Notes: generated from the sequence alone by a model not told the origin. A stretch of DNA of 64,000 nucleotides from Azolla caroliniana (GCA_043228905.1 JBHGNT010000013.1:8184001-8248000); one strand, 5' to 3'; positions 25,695-40,370 are shown, counted from the stretch's first letter. Made by a program: numbers and translations.

Positions 25695-26230
25695 TGTTGT
25701 GAAGATTTCCGCCTTTAGTGTGAAACCGGGTTGGGATGGGCAAGTCGGCAATATGCAACATGTGCACATGTACAGTAGGAAAATAGTGTATAGAATAAGG
25801 GGGAGAATTTATCCCACATTGTAACGTCCCTCCCTCCTTGGGCTATAAAAGGAAGGAAAGGTCCCTTGTAAAAGGGTTGTGTTAGTTCTTCTTCTTCTTA
25901 CTTTTAGAGTTTCTTTCAGGTCTTCTTCTTCGTGTTTGTTTAGGGTTTAGTCCGGTGAAGAGCTTGTATGTCTTGTGAGGTTTGCTTCTACTCGGTCTCC
26001 TGTGCAAGACCCTCCTCGACGCGACGAGCCCGAGAGCTCACCGATCGGTGGCTTGGCAACAGACTGTTGTTGTAACCTAACCTACCTTTGTTCGGCTCGA
26101 AGCCGGAGTTGTATCTTGCTCCTGTGTATATATAATGAAGCTCTATGCATCTGTGTCTGTCTCTACGTCTTCAGAGTTTCTTCTTTCCATTTCTGTACAT
26201 AAGTAGTGTGCGTTGAGTCAGTGTTGCACG

Positions 26231-26268
<38 letters not shown>

Positions 26269-29200
26269 TTCGATAGCCTCTGGTACGCGTCTGGAATCGT
26301 TTTGGTTTGTGCCACAACTGGTGCAGCCCGGACCAGAGAGGGTTGATCTCCCAACATCCATCTCTTCCTTGTCCGAGACCCCCGTGGTTCCATCCCTTTC
26401 GACACATACTCACGGAAAACCGCGACATCTTTGGTGAACCCAACGTGAAAGGGCGGCAAGGGAGGATGGAGTTGGAAGATGAAGACTTCATGGAGATGGT
26501 GGCCGAAGTGGTGAAGGAGTTCGGACGAGTGACGATGAGACGGGAAGCGGCGCAACAAGCTAGTGAGCGAGTGGTCGAAAGAGTTGGTTGTTTCAACGGG
26601 GACAATGTCCCATTCTTCTTGGAAGCCTACAACGCAGAAATGGAGGTGCGAGACATAGACGAGGCATTGAGGCATTGCATGTGGAAGTGAAGGAGCTCTG
26701 AGAAGCTCATAGTTCATGGGAGGCTTCAAAGAGGCACTCCTGCCGGCATACGGAGGACGGTGGAAGAGCTGGGGACAACGCGACTTCGACTAGTGGGTTG
26801 CATCGGCGAAGACCCACTGGGGCACAACGAAGGCGGCTTGCTCGGCTCCCGGAGTGGGATCAAAGACTGGTCGGGGCGGACAAACTCCTGTTGTTTGTTA
26901 GGTCAATCGACCGAGCGGAACGGGAGGCCATCGGAATTGAGCTCAAAGACAACGATAGAGCGAATGGCCTTACCGAGGACTGGTCGAATGTCGAACGAGT
27001 ATGCTGACGGTTGGATGAGGAGTGGTCTGTGAAAGGTAAAGGGAAAGTAACGCGCGACGAAGCGTCATCACATCAAGGAGCGGGCACGCAGCAAGAAGGA
27101 TCGGCGAAGCACATTGTCGAAGCCTTGGTCTGGGAAGCGTACGAGGCTCTGAAGGCGATGGTCGATGAAGAAGAGAGATCCGGCACGTGGGTAGATTCCG
27201 AAGACTCGGAGCTAGTTGGCCTTCCGAACAACGCAGACATGGCCCAGCTAGAGGCCGAAGAATGGTACAACGGTACCACGGGAGAGGGTGTGGAGCGAGA
27301 CGCCCTCTCGACTTACGGAGAAAGACCGGCCGAGGAGGAAGTCGGGACTGGAGAAGAGCCCTCCACACGGATTCCAGAGACTCTGGCAGTCGAGCTCGTG
27401 TGCCGACATAAGACCGGAGAGATGGAAGGAGCCAGCGAGGAGTCCTGGCACGATGCCAACGAAGATGGATGGGAAACGGCCTATGAGGAGGTTGAGGTCG
27501 GAGCCATGGCAAAGAAGAAGAACAGAATGGGATGCGGCGCCGAGGGGAGCTGAATTGGAAGTCGACCCGACAGGGGATTGAACTAGTCAGCATTCCGATT
27601 CGGATGGAGCACGATCCGGATGTGGATCATTCGACCGAAAGCAGCCCGAGACACGGAAGACAAGGGAGAGGCAGTAGAGCCGATCCACAGGTGCCAGGTT
27701 CGGTATGAAGGTGCCGTTACGGGAGAGGGTGCGGGATAAGCTGCCCTCTTTTACATGGGGAGAAAGACCAATAGGGCGAAGGTCAAGAATCGGGAAGAAG
27801 ATGATCGAGGGTACGGAACGAGTCCAACGGGATCGACATCAGAGTCGAAACTCCAGACATTGGAGAATCAAGCCCAAGTGGGGCTTGATTGATCATAGAG
27901 AGGATGCTTTCTACCGACACCACTAAAAGGGTTGGTGGCCTTGGACGAGTCATCGGGAGCCGTTTCTGAATCGGTACCCCCACATCTCATCTGGAGACTC
28001 TGGCAGTCGGCTTGATAGCCGGCGTGAAACCTAGAGAGAGGGAAGATGGAGGCGTGAGCACAACATGAAGGTCGACGACGAGTTCGAGAGAAGAACACAA
28101 AAGCAGAGGAACGAAGAACGGTCCTATCGGTCACCTCACACCGGGCTAGAAACTTTGGCGGTTGGCATCGGATCTAACGTAAGACTGAGATACTGACGGT
28201 GGCAGCAGGAGAACGGGATCCGGTGATGTAGAGAGAGATCGGACGAGTCTGGATGAGAACTGGGAAAGCGGACTTCCGGATAACCTATCCGGAAGTGGAG
28301 GAATGAAGACCGTCCTATGGGTCACCTCACATCGGGCTAGAGACTTTGGCGGTTGGCATCAGATCTGACATAAGACCGATCTAGAAAGGGGGAGGAAACA
28401 GGCCTACGAAGAGGCCAGAACACGATACATCAATACCACAGGAGAGGGCGCAGAGCAAGCCACCCTCTCGATATGCGGAGAAGAACGACCCGAGATAGGG
28501 TCGGGAAAGACAAGAGGCCCAAGGAGGATCCTTCACACCGGGCTAGAGACTTCGGCAGTAGGCAGCGAAGCCGACGTAAGACCAAGAGACTGATGGTGGC
28601 GGCGAGGGGACGAGGGCAAAGGCATCGATGGGGTGGTCCTACGATGATCCTCACACCAGTCCGGAGACTCCGGTCGCTAGCTGGAGAGCCGGCGTGAGAC
28701 CTAGAGAGATGGACGGTGGTGGCAGGTGAACGAGATCCCAAGATATGGCATAGAAGTGCAGATGGGCGATCCTACGGTGATCCTATCACTGATTCGGAGA
28801 CTCCGGCGGTCGGCCCTAGAGCCGACGTGAGAACTAGAGAGAAGGACAGTGGCGGCAGGTGAACGAGATCTAGCAGAATGGCTGAAAAGGAGCAGAAGGA
28901 GGTATAAGGCGGGCGACGTGGCCACAGACCAGATACGGACCCAATCGGCAAGGGTCAGTAGGACGAAGATGGGACACGCTTGGTACACGAGGCGGTGGCT
29001 GAGACATATCGGACGCCGGAGAAGGCTCCACACCGAGCTAGAGACTTTGGCGGTTGCCATCGAATCCGACGTAAGGCCAAGATACTGGCGGTTGGCATCG
29101 GATCTGACGTAAGACCAAGATACTGACGGTGGCGGCGAGGGGACAAAGGCCGTCGCAGCAGAGGCACCGAGCAACCAAGGCGTCGCCAGAACAACGAAGG

Positions 29201-30720
29201 CCTGGCGGGCCGAAACTGGTAAGGGTGATCCTTTGTGGGTAGCAGCACGGAAAGCTACCAAGGACACCAAAGTCGGGAGAGGTATGTCGAGCCGAAAGGG
29301 GTACACCCAAAAGCGGATCAGAAGACGTGCATGTGGCCATCGAGGGTCGAAGTAAAGCACAAGTACGGGATGGTGTTCGGCACAGGCGGTGCCGAACAAG
29401 GAAGGTGGAAGACAGCACACGGTGGTGCCGGATCGGAAACCAGGCGCAAAGAAGGATTGCACGGTTCGGTGGTCTCACAAAGAAGGCCGGGGAGGGATCC
29501 TCCACACCGGTTCCAGAGACTTCGGCAGTTCGACTGTCGTGGCAATGTAAGACCGAGGAGAAGGAAGGTGGCGGCGAGGGGATGAAGGCGATGAACAACA
29601 GCATAGACCGACAATCAGGATTGACAGAGGCCAAGTGGGCCACTATGGGTGTCCTGCGGACAGAGGACACTGAGCATATGGCGGAACGTGGAGCGTTCAT
29701 ACAGTTGAACAAGGGCCACGGGATGAGCACGCGTACGAGAGAAGATCGCGGCAAACGACCTGTCGACAGGTCGATCGAGCCTACGGAGAGGCGAGCCTGA
29801 GGATGGAGCTGGAGCCGACGGTTCAGACCAGTGGAGGCCAACACGGTAGCCAGGATGTGGATTACGGAAGGCCGGTTGCTCACTATGGCCGGAATCTTTC
29901 GCCCTTCTTCAAATATGGCACATACTGGTGGATGTGCAGTTTGGTGGGGGTGGATTTCATGAAGATTTCTAGCTTTGGTGTGAAATTGGGATGGAATGGG
30001 CAAGTTGGCAATGTGCAACATGTGCACATGTATAGTAGGAAAATAGTGTATAGAATAAGGGGGAGAATTTATCTCACATTGTAACGTCCCTCCCTCCTTG
30101 GGCTATAAAAGGAAGGGAGGGTCCCTTGTAAAAGGGTTGCCCATTTTGAGTTAGGAGGGTACACCACTTAGGTCGAAGGTGTGTTAGTTCTTCTTCTTCT
30201 TACTTTTAGAGTTTCTTTGAGGTCTTCTTCTTCGTGTCTGTTTTGGGTTTAGTCCAGTGAAGAGCTTGTATGTCTTGTGGTGTTTGCCTCTGCCTGGTCT
30301 CCTATGCAAGACCCCGCTCGACAGGAAGAGCTTGAGAGCTCTTCGATTGGCGGCTTGGCGGCATACAGCTATTGTAACCTAACCTACCTTTGTCCGGCTC
30401 GAAGCCGGAGTTGTATCTTGCTCCTGTGTATATATAATGAAGCTCTGTGCATCTGTGTCTATCTCTGCGTCTTTGGAGTTTCTTCTTTCCTTTTCTGTAC
30501 ATAAGTCGCGTGCATTGAGTCAGTGTTGCATGTATTCTCTCTCTCTCCCTATCTCATGTTCGATAGCCTCCGGTATGCATCCGGAATCGTTCCAGTTTGC
30601 GCCACAGCCGGTGTAGCTGGAACCAAAGAGGGTTGGTCTCCCAGCATCCATCTCTTCCTCATCCGAGACTCCCATGGTCCCGCCCCTTTCAACACATACT
30701 CGCGGAAAACCACGCGGACA
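25695..30720 (+). mobile_element. Non-autonomous gypsy derivative: LTRs 25695-26427 and 29955-30720, degenerate gag, no pol
   Basis: PBS tggtgaacccaacgtga 26432-26448 (tRNA-Trp type), gag FNGDNVPFFLEAY, PPT ggtgggggtgga; internal degenerate repeats; TSD not identifiable. Confidence 0.85.
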
Positions 30721-31944
30721 CACAACTTCTTCCTCCACCTACTTGGATCCCCACCAAAGCCAAGTACTGTATGGCCTCGGCGTTTCGGGCTGCAGCTTCC
30801 GCCGTTATCCTCTTCACGCCACCTCATCTGAAGTTCATCTTGAGGGGCCTGCACGTGTCACTCGTGTATACTCTACCATCTTGCAAGTACACGACATTGT
30901 TCACAAGGGGTTAAATAGGTACAAAGGGTTAGATACACAAGGGTGCAAGCCCCTTGGGCATTCACACCTAATCACTCACTCACACCTCTTTGTATCTACC
31001 ACACTCATACTTACATTCACACTCATAATCGTATAAAATCACACATTACATCTTTCACCCTCACTTATCACACTTATCAATCACCCGTACATCTCGTACG
31101 GTACCATTCCGTAAGTGCAGGTCTTCCCCACTTGTAGCTTGCCTTGACCTTCAGGCTTTGCAAATATGAGGAGCAAGACACCATCTTCCTCGGCATAAAT
31201 CAATGTCCATTCCAAGTCGAGGTAGTTCTTGAAACGAGGCCTGGCGGGCTTATCTACCAATGTCTTAATTGTGTTTCCTACAAAAGATGTAGAGGTCCCG
31301 TCACCACCTGATTCAAACAATGTCCTTCTTGACTTATCGTTCAAGAAGCTGTCAGAATTCCGTTTCGTTGGCGAGGGAATCTTCAACTTAAATGATGGAA
31401 CCTTTGACGAGGCTCATTATAATCCATAGACAATAACATAATATAAATAAAATCTTGTTAAAAATGAACATGTAAGAACTTAAAATCTATAGAAAAAAAC
31501 CTAAAAATCACTATCAACACAACTAAAACAAACTACAAAAATGCCAATAAAACTCGAGTGTTTATGTTCATGTTTGCTTATTTGAGTAAGTGCACTTGAA
31601 ATGCGAGAAAACTCAAGTGCTTGGTCGTAAGTGCTATTGTGCTCTTGATCTTCTTAAATGCAATAATGACAAATAGGCCAAGACCTTTCCTGTTATAGTA
31701 TGTCAAAAAAAACAAATTAAGGAAAAAAGAAGAAGGTGTTTTAAGAACTTGACATTTGAGGTGTTTTTGCCTAACATTTAACTTGCTATGTCTTATTCAA
31801 TTGATCGCCTAACTCTCTAATAATATCGACATTGCTCGACAATTTTATTCTTGCTACCTCAATTTGCTACGAAATTTCAAGCTTGAGTGTTAAATTTGGT
31901 AACAATGGTGTGACCAAACCTAGGGCCTTTAGATTTTATCTACA

Positions 31945-34440
31945 ATGTCCTTCTTTTCTGTTGAACCTATTGCATCATCCAACAACTTGTTATTTTCGGT
32001 CAATGAGTATAACCACAAAAGTCGTCAAAACAGTCAATGTGGAACATCCAAATCTACGAGGGGGCAAAGTTCAAACCTTCTTTTTTCAATCGAGCTTTTT
32101 AACAGATGTGTTGTCGGGAGGAGTGTAAGTGAAAGGGTTGACTCATATAGTGATGACATTGTTGTAGATCAACCTCACACTTTTAGAAGAATTCCTAACC
32201 AAGTCAGTATTAAAAGATTTAACTTTTTGTGTTCTAATCGTCAAATCATCCTGGATACATACAAACAAGTCATTTTGTGCAAATCTATGTCTATCTAAAT
32301 TTGGAAAGTCAAACTTACGGGGAATGCGAGAGAAGTATCTATCACTTAATGGTGAGGAGCAAGATACCTTCCTTATCTCACATATGCAACTAGTGAAGGA
32401 TCACACCGAAGGGGTTCGTTCAACTCATGTTGAATATTTTCTTGGTCTGAGTGCTAAGTGTTGTCGAGTTGCTTTTAAGATAGCACATAACATTGGTAAC
32501 ATCAGGCTCCGCAGAATTCACGATAGAACTGATGAAGGGATCATGGATACCTTTTGATGATAATGCACCTAGATGTAAGGGTTTGATCAGATGACATGTT
32601 ATTCGATGGATGGAGATATACTTCTTCAAGCAGTGTGATATTATGCCTACTACTGGACAATTACCAGGCATATAAGGATGTCATGTTATAAGAAGGTGTA
32701 TTGTATATACAATAGATTCGACATTTTAATTGATTATAGAGGTTACAATTTAACAATATGGTTATACCCCGCAAGGTTCGCATGGGTGTTTGCTCAATAT
32801 GTGCAAGTTTAAAAAGCATGGCAAAAGGTGGGAAATGGGAGGAAGAAATAAAGAACTACAACAGTTTATTAAGAGAACATCATGAAAGCCAAACCTACGA
32901 GTGTTCTAAACCTATGCATCACCGACAAAAAGCCCTTCAATCACTTGAGAGGCATATGTGCATGATCATAGATGGCATGGATCAGAAAAAGACTTCTTTG
33001 TCTCACTTTCGAAGATTGCCGAAGGACATTGGAGATGAATCCCTTGTACAAATGTATTTGGTAGGTTGATTGTCATATTGTCAAACAATAACGCCACAAG
33101 TCTTCTTAACCTATCCTAATATCCATAGTGACCCAAATCTTACGGTCATGGTCATGCATAGAGTGTTACAATCCTGGTCAAGTAGTCTCCCGCCGCCCGT
33201 CCTATACGTGTAACTCGACAACCCTACAAGAGAAAACAAAAACTCGATTGTTTTTTGCTACTTGAGCATGCTAGTGGAGAAGGGCATTTTTAAGAAGATT
33301 AAGGTCAACTTTTACCTAGTTGGGATAGATAAAATATTTAGCAAGTTTTCATAAAAACTAGCACGATGTGATGCTTTTACGCTTCCATTGCTATTAAACT
33401 AGATTATTGAAGGTTATACCCTGAAACCTAAAGTACATGATTTGAATGAGGTGTATGAATTTAAATGCTTTTGCATGGATGGTGATAGCGTTGAATGTAG
33501 GGTTCTTGCCCCTCTTAATAATATAAGTTTTAATCATGCTTTTCTCATAAAACACAGTTCTACAAGCTAAAACACAATGTTATTGTATGCCAAACAATAC
33601 TCCACTTTGCAACAATGGGAGCCACAAGAGGGTTGTAGGCTCTTGCTTAAATTTCCAAATGCGAATATACATGGTGCAGAAAAAATGCCATATGATGACC
33701 ATAAAACATTGGCTCCAAGTGGTTCAAAGGATGAGCAAACATTATATTGGATGCACTACCTCGAAGAGAAACAAAAAAATGTTGAGCGCACTAAGAAGTA
33801 TGCTGATGATTAGAATGTTGAATGGTGGGGTGCATTTTTCAGCCATCAAGATAAGATCTTGGATAACTACATTGCTAGATATTGGCCCCTCCAATATCCA
33901 TTTACGTGGAATATTGGTGCACCATCAACAATGTCCACGACTCTTCATCTGTCAGCACATAATTCTGAACTCAATAATCTAGTTCACCCACAGTAGAGAG
34001 ATATTTACATGGGCCCAAGAATATCGCGTACAACACAGGCAAGTAATTTCCATGAGCTTGAAGTTGGGATGTTGGTTACAACTTTGGCTGAGGATGATGA
34101 GTTGAAACATCCTTTTTGGATTGCTAGAATCATAGAAATAATGAAGGATGACCAGGGCAATCAAGTCAAGTCTATTGTGGTTCATCGGTATCACACATTA
34201 TCCCCTAATGCATTTGTTGGTAAGCACTCTTTAGAGATGGTGAAGGATGTCCAAATCACAAGTAAAAAGTGAAAAAGAAAGAATTTTCCAAGTATGTCTA
34301 CTATTACATTGGATAACATTGACATTGGTTGCAAGTGATGATGAGGATGAGACCTTAGAAACATATCTAGTTCACCAAATGGGTCGCAAGATGACGACAT
34401 AGACTTGGAAAGTGACGATTCGGATACATTATTTGTCAAC
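31945..34440 (+). pseudogene. Sola1-like (DGMDQ-type) DDD transposase, heavily degraded
   Basis: MGVCSICASL, CMIIDGMDQKKT, VLYV*LDNPTRENKN, KIKVNFYLVG-IDKIFSKFS (GHTH-type motif deleted), C-terminal HPFWIARI region. Confidence 0.7.
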
Positions 34441-34519
34441 ATTGTATTTTGATCAATATGTCAGATGAAGTATATATATAAATATAGGGGTTAGTCGTTT
34501 TGTACATTATTTTGTAAAT

Positions 34520-35500
34520 TTGGCATTGCCTATTGATGATGAGAGAGAGGAAAAAGATAGAGAAGAGTAGAGAAAGAGAAACAAATACTTTAATACACTA
34601 TTAGGAAATCAATATCATCTTCTTAGACTCTACAAATAACAACCCCAAATAACTCTACTCTAACCTCAATGACAATAATTGAAAATAGTCTTTTCTTCTT
34701 CACCCTTTCTTGTACTAAGCTTCTTCTTACTTCTTCTAGCCTTCTTACTCTTCCTCCCGTCTTCTTGTAGATATTCTCTTCTTACTCCCTCCTTCTCTAT
34801 TCTTCCTTCCTATTACTAAGAATACCGCATATTTATAGGGTTTTAGTTGTATTATTCGTGCTTTTTTCTTTTCTTTTCTTTTACATATCCTCGAGTTTGT
34901 GGAAACGTTTTTTATATCATTATTTTTGGTTTGTCATGAAAATTTTTCATACAAGAAAGCTCTCTTTGTCAGCTTTCTTATAAATCTTTTCTTTTGAAAT
35001 TTGGATAAGAGATGAAGAAGTTATGAGCTTTTTTCTCTATCTTGCTTTTTCTACTTAATTTCCTATGTTTTTCTTCCTTTTCTTTTTTCTTGCCTTTACT
35101 ACTTTTGAAAAACGCCTCTAACTTTATGTCTCTTCAATTTCATTCATCTTTTAACTCTTGGACCTTTCATATTGTGCTTTATTCTTCTATACCTTTGCAT
35201 CCAATGTATTGGTCACGGTCTTTTCCTATGAGCAAAAATCGACTTCACACCTATTACCTACCATTTTTGTAAGAACTGGAATTTTCTTCACGGTAAAAAT
35301 TTAATATATTTTGTGAATTTCTTGAAAAACATTTCTGCATGCAACACTCCTTTGTGTGAAATGACTTATTATGTGCCTTTTTTCGACAAAGAGTTCTAAA
35401 AATGCGATATATTACTTGTTTTAGATGGCCCGATGTTAAAAGGGAAAGCTAAACTTTCAACAAATACCACATCTCGACTCACAGTAATTGTGTCCGTCAA
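34520..35500 (-). mobile_element. AT-rich LTR-like segment, family unidentified
   Basis: - strand ctataaata at about 34830-34838 followed by GA-rich then CT-rich tracts typical of R/U5; no PBS or PPT seen. Confidence 0.3.
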
Positions 35501-35527
35501 TGGATGGTACAAATGATATCCCCTTAA

Positions 35528-35816
35528 TGTTGAGAATCAAACTCAAATTCCCATGACTGGGAACACACTCTAGGATACTCAAGTGTGTGAACACCCACCT
35601 CCTTTTATAGTAACTAGTGTGACATTGAAGTTAATGTCCTATGACACGTATTCCTTAGGTAGTTAAGACAAAACCTCTTTCCCAAGAGGTTGTACTAGTG
35701 AGAGAACTTAGAGAGAAGGAGACTACATAGGCACCTTCTCCCTCTCATTGTAAATGTTGGTTATTCTTGCTTCCATATAATACATATTTCCTGATTTTCC
35801 TATAATCGTGAGCTCT

Positions 35817-35853
<37 letters not shown>

Positions 35854-38800
35854 CACATTTCTTCCGTTGCACAGTATTCATCCGATTCTTTACATGGTAT
35901 CAGAGCGCGTGGTTGCTTGATCGAAGCCCATCACCTCTACGTGTGTTGTGCCCGATTCCGCGATCAACAAGAACTAATTGATCGCTATTGCAGCCATCTA
36001 CACAGCTCGCATCAAGAAGAAGAAAAAGAAGCTCAACATGAGCACACAGATGGGAAGTGATCTTCATACCGAAAATCTTAACAGAAACAACTTTGCATCT
36101 TGGGAGTACAAGATTCACCAATACCTTGTCAGCCAAGGCTGACTACCCAGAAAGTGGTGTATTGTATTGCCTTGCATCATGCGTCCATGATCACATGCTC
36201 GGTTCGGGGCCATTCGATCGAATGTCCTCTTGAGGGAGAATCCTCCCTCCTTCGATCTCTAGTCAATGTTGTTGGTCAAGGAGAATCCTGTTCGAACAAG
36301 AAGCAATGCACAAGAAGGACAGATACTCTATTCGAACTTCGATGGAGGAAGAGGACAAGGTCGGGGAAGAAGAGGACGATTTGGCCAAGGCTGACACAAC
36401 CAAGAGCAAACCCCAAGAACACAACTTCTATTACCGACAAGACGTCTTAAACACGCGAGGCGGAGCGTCCGGATGAAGGGGGAGCAATCACGGACCCATC
36501 CGACAAAACAATCTCACTCAATATGGATATTATGGTAAATTCGGCCACTGTGAGGCAGAGTGTCGGAAAAAGAAGAGTGAGTCGGCCTCCACAAGCTGAC
36601 AACTCACAAACTACGCCTCCAACTTTGACTACGATAATCGTGGCAGAATGTTTGTGATGAGGCACAGAGCGCATTCGATGACAACCTCAAACTCGACCAA
36701 CACCTCTAAACCAGAAGATGTATGGTTTATCGACTCGGGCGCATCGAACCACATGACATCCAACAAGGATTGGTTCAAGGAGCTACGAAACCCTGAACGA
36801 CCCAGCTATGTGGAAACTGGGGATGACACAATTCACCCCATTCAGCATATCAAGAATGTCCCATTTGGGGAAGAAGGCAACCAAACATACATCAAGAACG
36901 TTTTGCATGTTCCTACAATAACAAAGAACCTGGTCTTATTTAGCTAGATAGTCGTGCAAGTTTGCTTCAACGATGGAGGATGCTTCATCGAGAAAGAAGG
37001 TCGACTCATCGCTAGGGGTTGGAGAGAAGGTCGGATGTTCATCCTCGACTCTCACGAGATGAACTTGGCAATGTATGCCAAGGGTCACAGAGCCGACGTA
37101 GACATAGAGTTGTCGCACAAGAGGATAAGCTACATCAATTTCCAAAAGCTCAAGGAAATATAGTCGAAAGGAGTTGTCATCGGACCCCCGACCTTCACCA
37201 AAAAGGGAATTGTAGGCATGTGCAAAGCTTGTCAATTTGGCAAACAACACCGACAACCGTTCCCAAAGTAGAGGAACACAAGCAAAGGGATCATGGATGT
37301 AATACATTCAGATGTATGGGGACCACCCCACCCCAGACAACAACATTTAGTGGTTGCCGGTACTATGTAACGTTCACCGATGACTTCTCCAGACATACTT
37401 GAATCTACCCCATGCGGTAGAAGAGCGAAGTGTTCATACACTTCCAAAGGTTCAAAAACGAAGTCGAAAAGCCAACCGGTTGGCATGTTTGATGCCTTCG
37501 ATCGGACGGTGACAAGGAGTACTTCTCCAACACCTTTACAACATATCTTCGACAAGAAGGAATCCGGCAGGAGTTTACCTACCGACACAGACCTCAGCAG
37601 AACGGAGTAGCCGAACGAAAGAATCAACACATACTCGAGGTGGCAAGGGCAACGATGAACGAGAAACACTGCCAAAGTCATATTGGGCTGAAACAGCGAA
37701 TACGGTCGTTTATCTAATGAATCGCTGCACAACATCAAGAGTGCACAAAGTTACCCCTTGTGAAAAGTTCTATGGGAAGAAACCAGATCTATCTCATGTT
37801 AGGATATTCGGTTCAATCGTATATGTACATATTCCCGACGACCTGCAGCAGAAGCTCAATCTCAAGTTAGAGAAATGTATACTCGTAGGGTACTCACTTG
37901 AACAAAAAGGGTATAAGTGTTTTCAACCCTTCCACCAAGAAGGTACGAGTGAGTAGGGATGTAATATTCGACAAGTCAGCATCGTGGTATACAGTTGAAT
38001 TAGCCCCATCCGACACAATCAAAACCGAGTTCGACACAAATGCGGAGGAGGATGATCGACCGATATTCACATAAGACGAAAGTGCAATCTCAACCAGGTT
38101 GAGTGGACCACAAGAGCTTCCAAGCGACCACAGCACGTCGCAGCCGAGTCCGAAATAGGACAAAGGTAAGGCCAAAATGCCTGAGTACGAAGACTCAAAT
38201 GGAAATGAATCGACTCACTTATCCTACAGTAAGTTTGGTAGATTTGATGTGCCCATCATGAGGACACTAGGATAACCATGACGATCCACCCAAGAAAAGA
38301 ACATAGTCGATTCGGCTACAATGACTACATGACATATCATCATGCATTCATGATGACGGTGTCGACAGTCTGAGAATCGGAAAACTATTCCGAAGTCACG
38401 AAGGACCCTAGATGGGACAAAGTGATGAATGAGGAAATGCCAGCACTCTCCAAGAATGAGACATGGGATCTCGTCCCTTCTTCAAACCACCAAAAGGCAT
38501 AGGATGTTGATGGATCTTCAAGATAAAGGACAATGCCGACGACACTGTCCATTGGTACAAGGCTCAACTTGTGGCAAAGGGGTACATGCATGATGCGGTG
38601 TCGACTAAAAAAAGACCCCTTTGCCCCGGTGGCAAATATGACTACAATTCGAACCGTGATCATGCTTGCAGCATTAAAAGGGTGGCACCTCCATCAAATG
38701 GACGTAAAGAACGCCTTTCTACAAGGTGAGTTAGACGAAGGGGTGTACATGGTGCAACCGCCTGGATTTGTGTAGACTACAAATCTGAGTGCTATCTGCC

Positions 38801-38892
38801 GACTCAAAAAGCCTCTCTATGGCCTCAAGCAGGCTCTGAGAGCATGGCATTCGAAGATAACACAATATTTTCATCAAATCGGCTTCAACATG
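35528..38892 (+). mobile_element. 5' part of an older copia element (LTR 35528-35894, PBS, degenerate gag-PR-INT-RT)
   Basis: tgttgaga..tttaca, PBS tggtatcagagc 35895-35906, WFIDSGASNHM, IHSDVWG, KCILVGYS, HQMDVKNAFLQGEL; truncated by an insertion at 38893. Confidence 0.92.
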
Positions 38893-40370
38893 TGTTGTCG
38901 GGGTGGGGGCTGAAGCCTTTCTAGGCTTCACCCCCCTCCCAAAGGGGTTATGTGTGGGAGAGAGAGAAGGAGAGTGAAACAAAGAAACAACACCAAAATG
39001 AGAGGGAAAAAGTTATTCATTACATACCCCACAGGGGGTTTATATAATACATCCAATGTAACGGTTACATGACCGTGTTATAAATAAGACTGTTATGCAT
39101 TCTTGTACACATTGCCATGTGTCCATACACACATAGTCATCCTCACACACTCATTTACTTTACACATACACATCACCCACATCATTACACATACCCTTAT
39201 GCCTCCCCGTATATTCCTACGGGTAACAAATGGCACACCTGTGGGACAGTGCATTGCACGGTGAACCCACTCTCCATGGCAACTCTTCTCGACCGGAACT
39301 CCATCATTCGTCTCAACGGTTGGAAATCCCTTGACCGAATCATTGTTCTACGATCGATAACTTCGATCGATGCTTTTCTTAACTCGAACCTTCTCATTTG
39401 GTCAACACAAGTCACGATTGGATCATACACCAATCGGCTAGTTGACTATGGCATGGGTCGTGAAATCGTGTGTGCATTTGTGTATTCTTTCTTTCATCAT
39501 GTGAAGTGAGTTTTATATTTTTTACCCTTTGGTCTTTAAAATTGTCCTCAAGTTTTTTTTTTTATGCCCTTGAATTTTCGAAATTTTCTCTTCTACCCTC
39601 CAGTTTTTGAATTTTGGTCGCATGCCCTCGAGCTTTTGAAATTCCATCATCTGCCCTCGAACTTCTGAAATTTGGTTTGATGCCCTCCAATTATTGAAAT
39701 TACTCAGAATGCTCTTCTCCTCTTGCCTTTTCTTTTCTTCAAACTGCTTTTTCTTACTTCCTCGTCGTCACTTTCTTCTTATTCTTCTCTTTTCTTTGCT
39801 TTGTCTTCTTCTATTTCTTTGTCTTCTTCCTTTTTGTTTTCTTCTCTCTCTCTATCTCGTCTGTGTATGTGTTTGTGTCTATGTCTGTCTAAGTCGTTTC
39901 TGTTCGTCGACCGTCGGTCGTGCCTGTCCGTTGGCCATCTGTCGATCATCGTCGTCGCCGACTGTTTGACGGCCATCTCTCAGTTCGACCGGCTGAGTCA
40001 TTGGTGGTTGTGTCTATTCGGTCATCTTGCGTGGCTGTTTGACCATACTCTCAGCCGCACGTCTCGGCCATATTCTCAGCCGTCATTTCTCAGCCATCAC
40101 TTGGTCGTACTCTCGGCCACGCATCTCTCAGTCGTACTCTCGTCTCGTATTGGCCGTACTCTTGGCCGCAGGTCCCGACCATACTCTCGATTGTGTGTCT
40201 CGACCATCCTCTCGACCACGCGTCTCGCCAGTGTGTCTCGGCCCTCTTCCGCATCTCGGCCGTACTCTCGACCACGCGTGTCGGCTGTAGTCTTGGCCAC
40301 ACTTCTTGGCCGCGCATCTCGGTCATGCGTCTCGACCTTCTCGGCCGCGTCTCTCCTGAATGAAGTAGAT
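38893..40370 (-). mobile_element. Long LTR (family E) with GC-rich micro-repeats, partial
   Basis: Reverse-complement homologue of 57227-59058; terminus tgttgtcgggg on +; - strand TATA near 39040; ctcggcc repeats 40050-40350. Confidence 0.75.

Larger units (their letters stand above)
23962..30864 (-). mobile_element. Fragments of a gypsy element related to 46716-53491 (23962-24119, 25144-25694, 30721-30864), host to two later insertions
   Basis: DPSLQDPAGIGHWFT..LKIDGGGFLL, CQNYEVLVEDKR, EAAARNAEA match the translation of 48330-50010. Confidence 0.8.

Noticed and set aside
29038-30027. 329 aa antisense ORF
   Set aside because: GC-rich stop-poor repeat region running into an LTR; no recognisable domain
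31081-31429. Short ORFs upstream of the Sola1-like transposase as an accessory gene
   Set aside because: No recognisable motif or verifiable splice structure; cannot be supported
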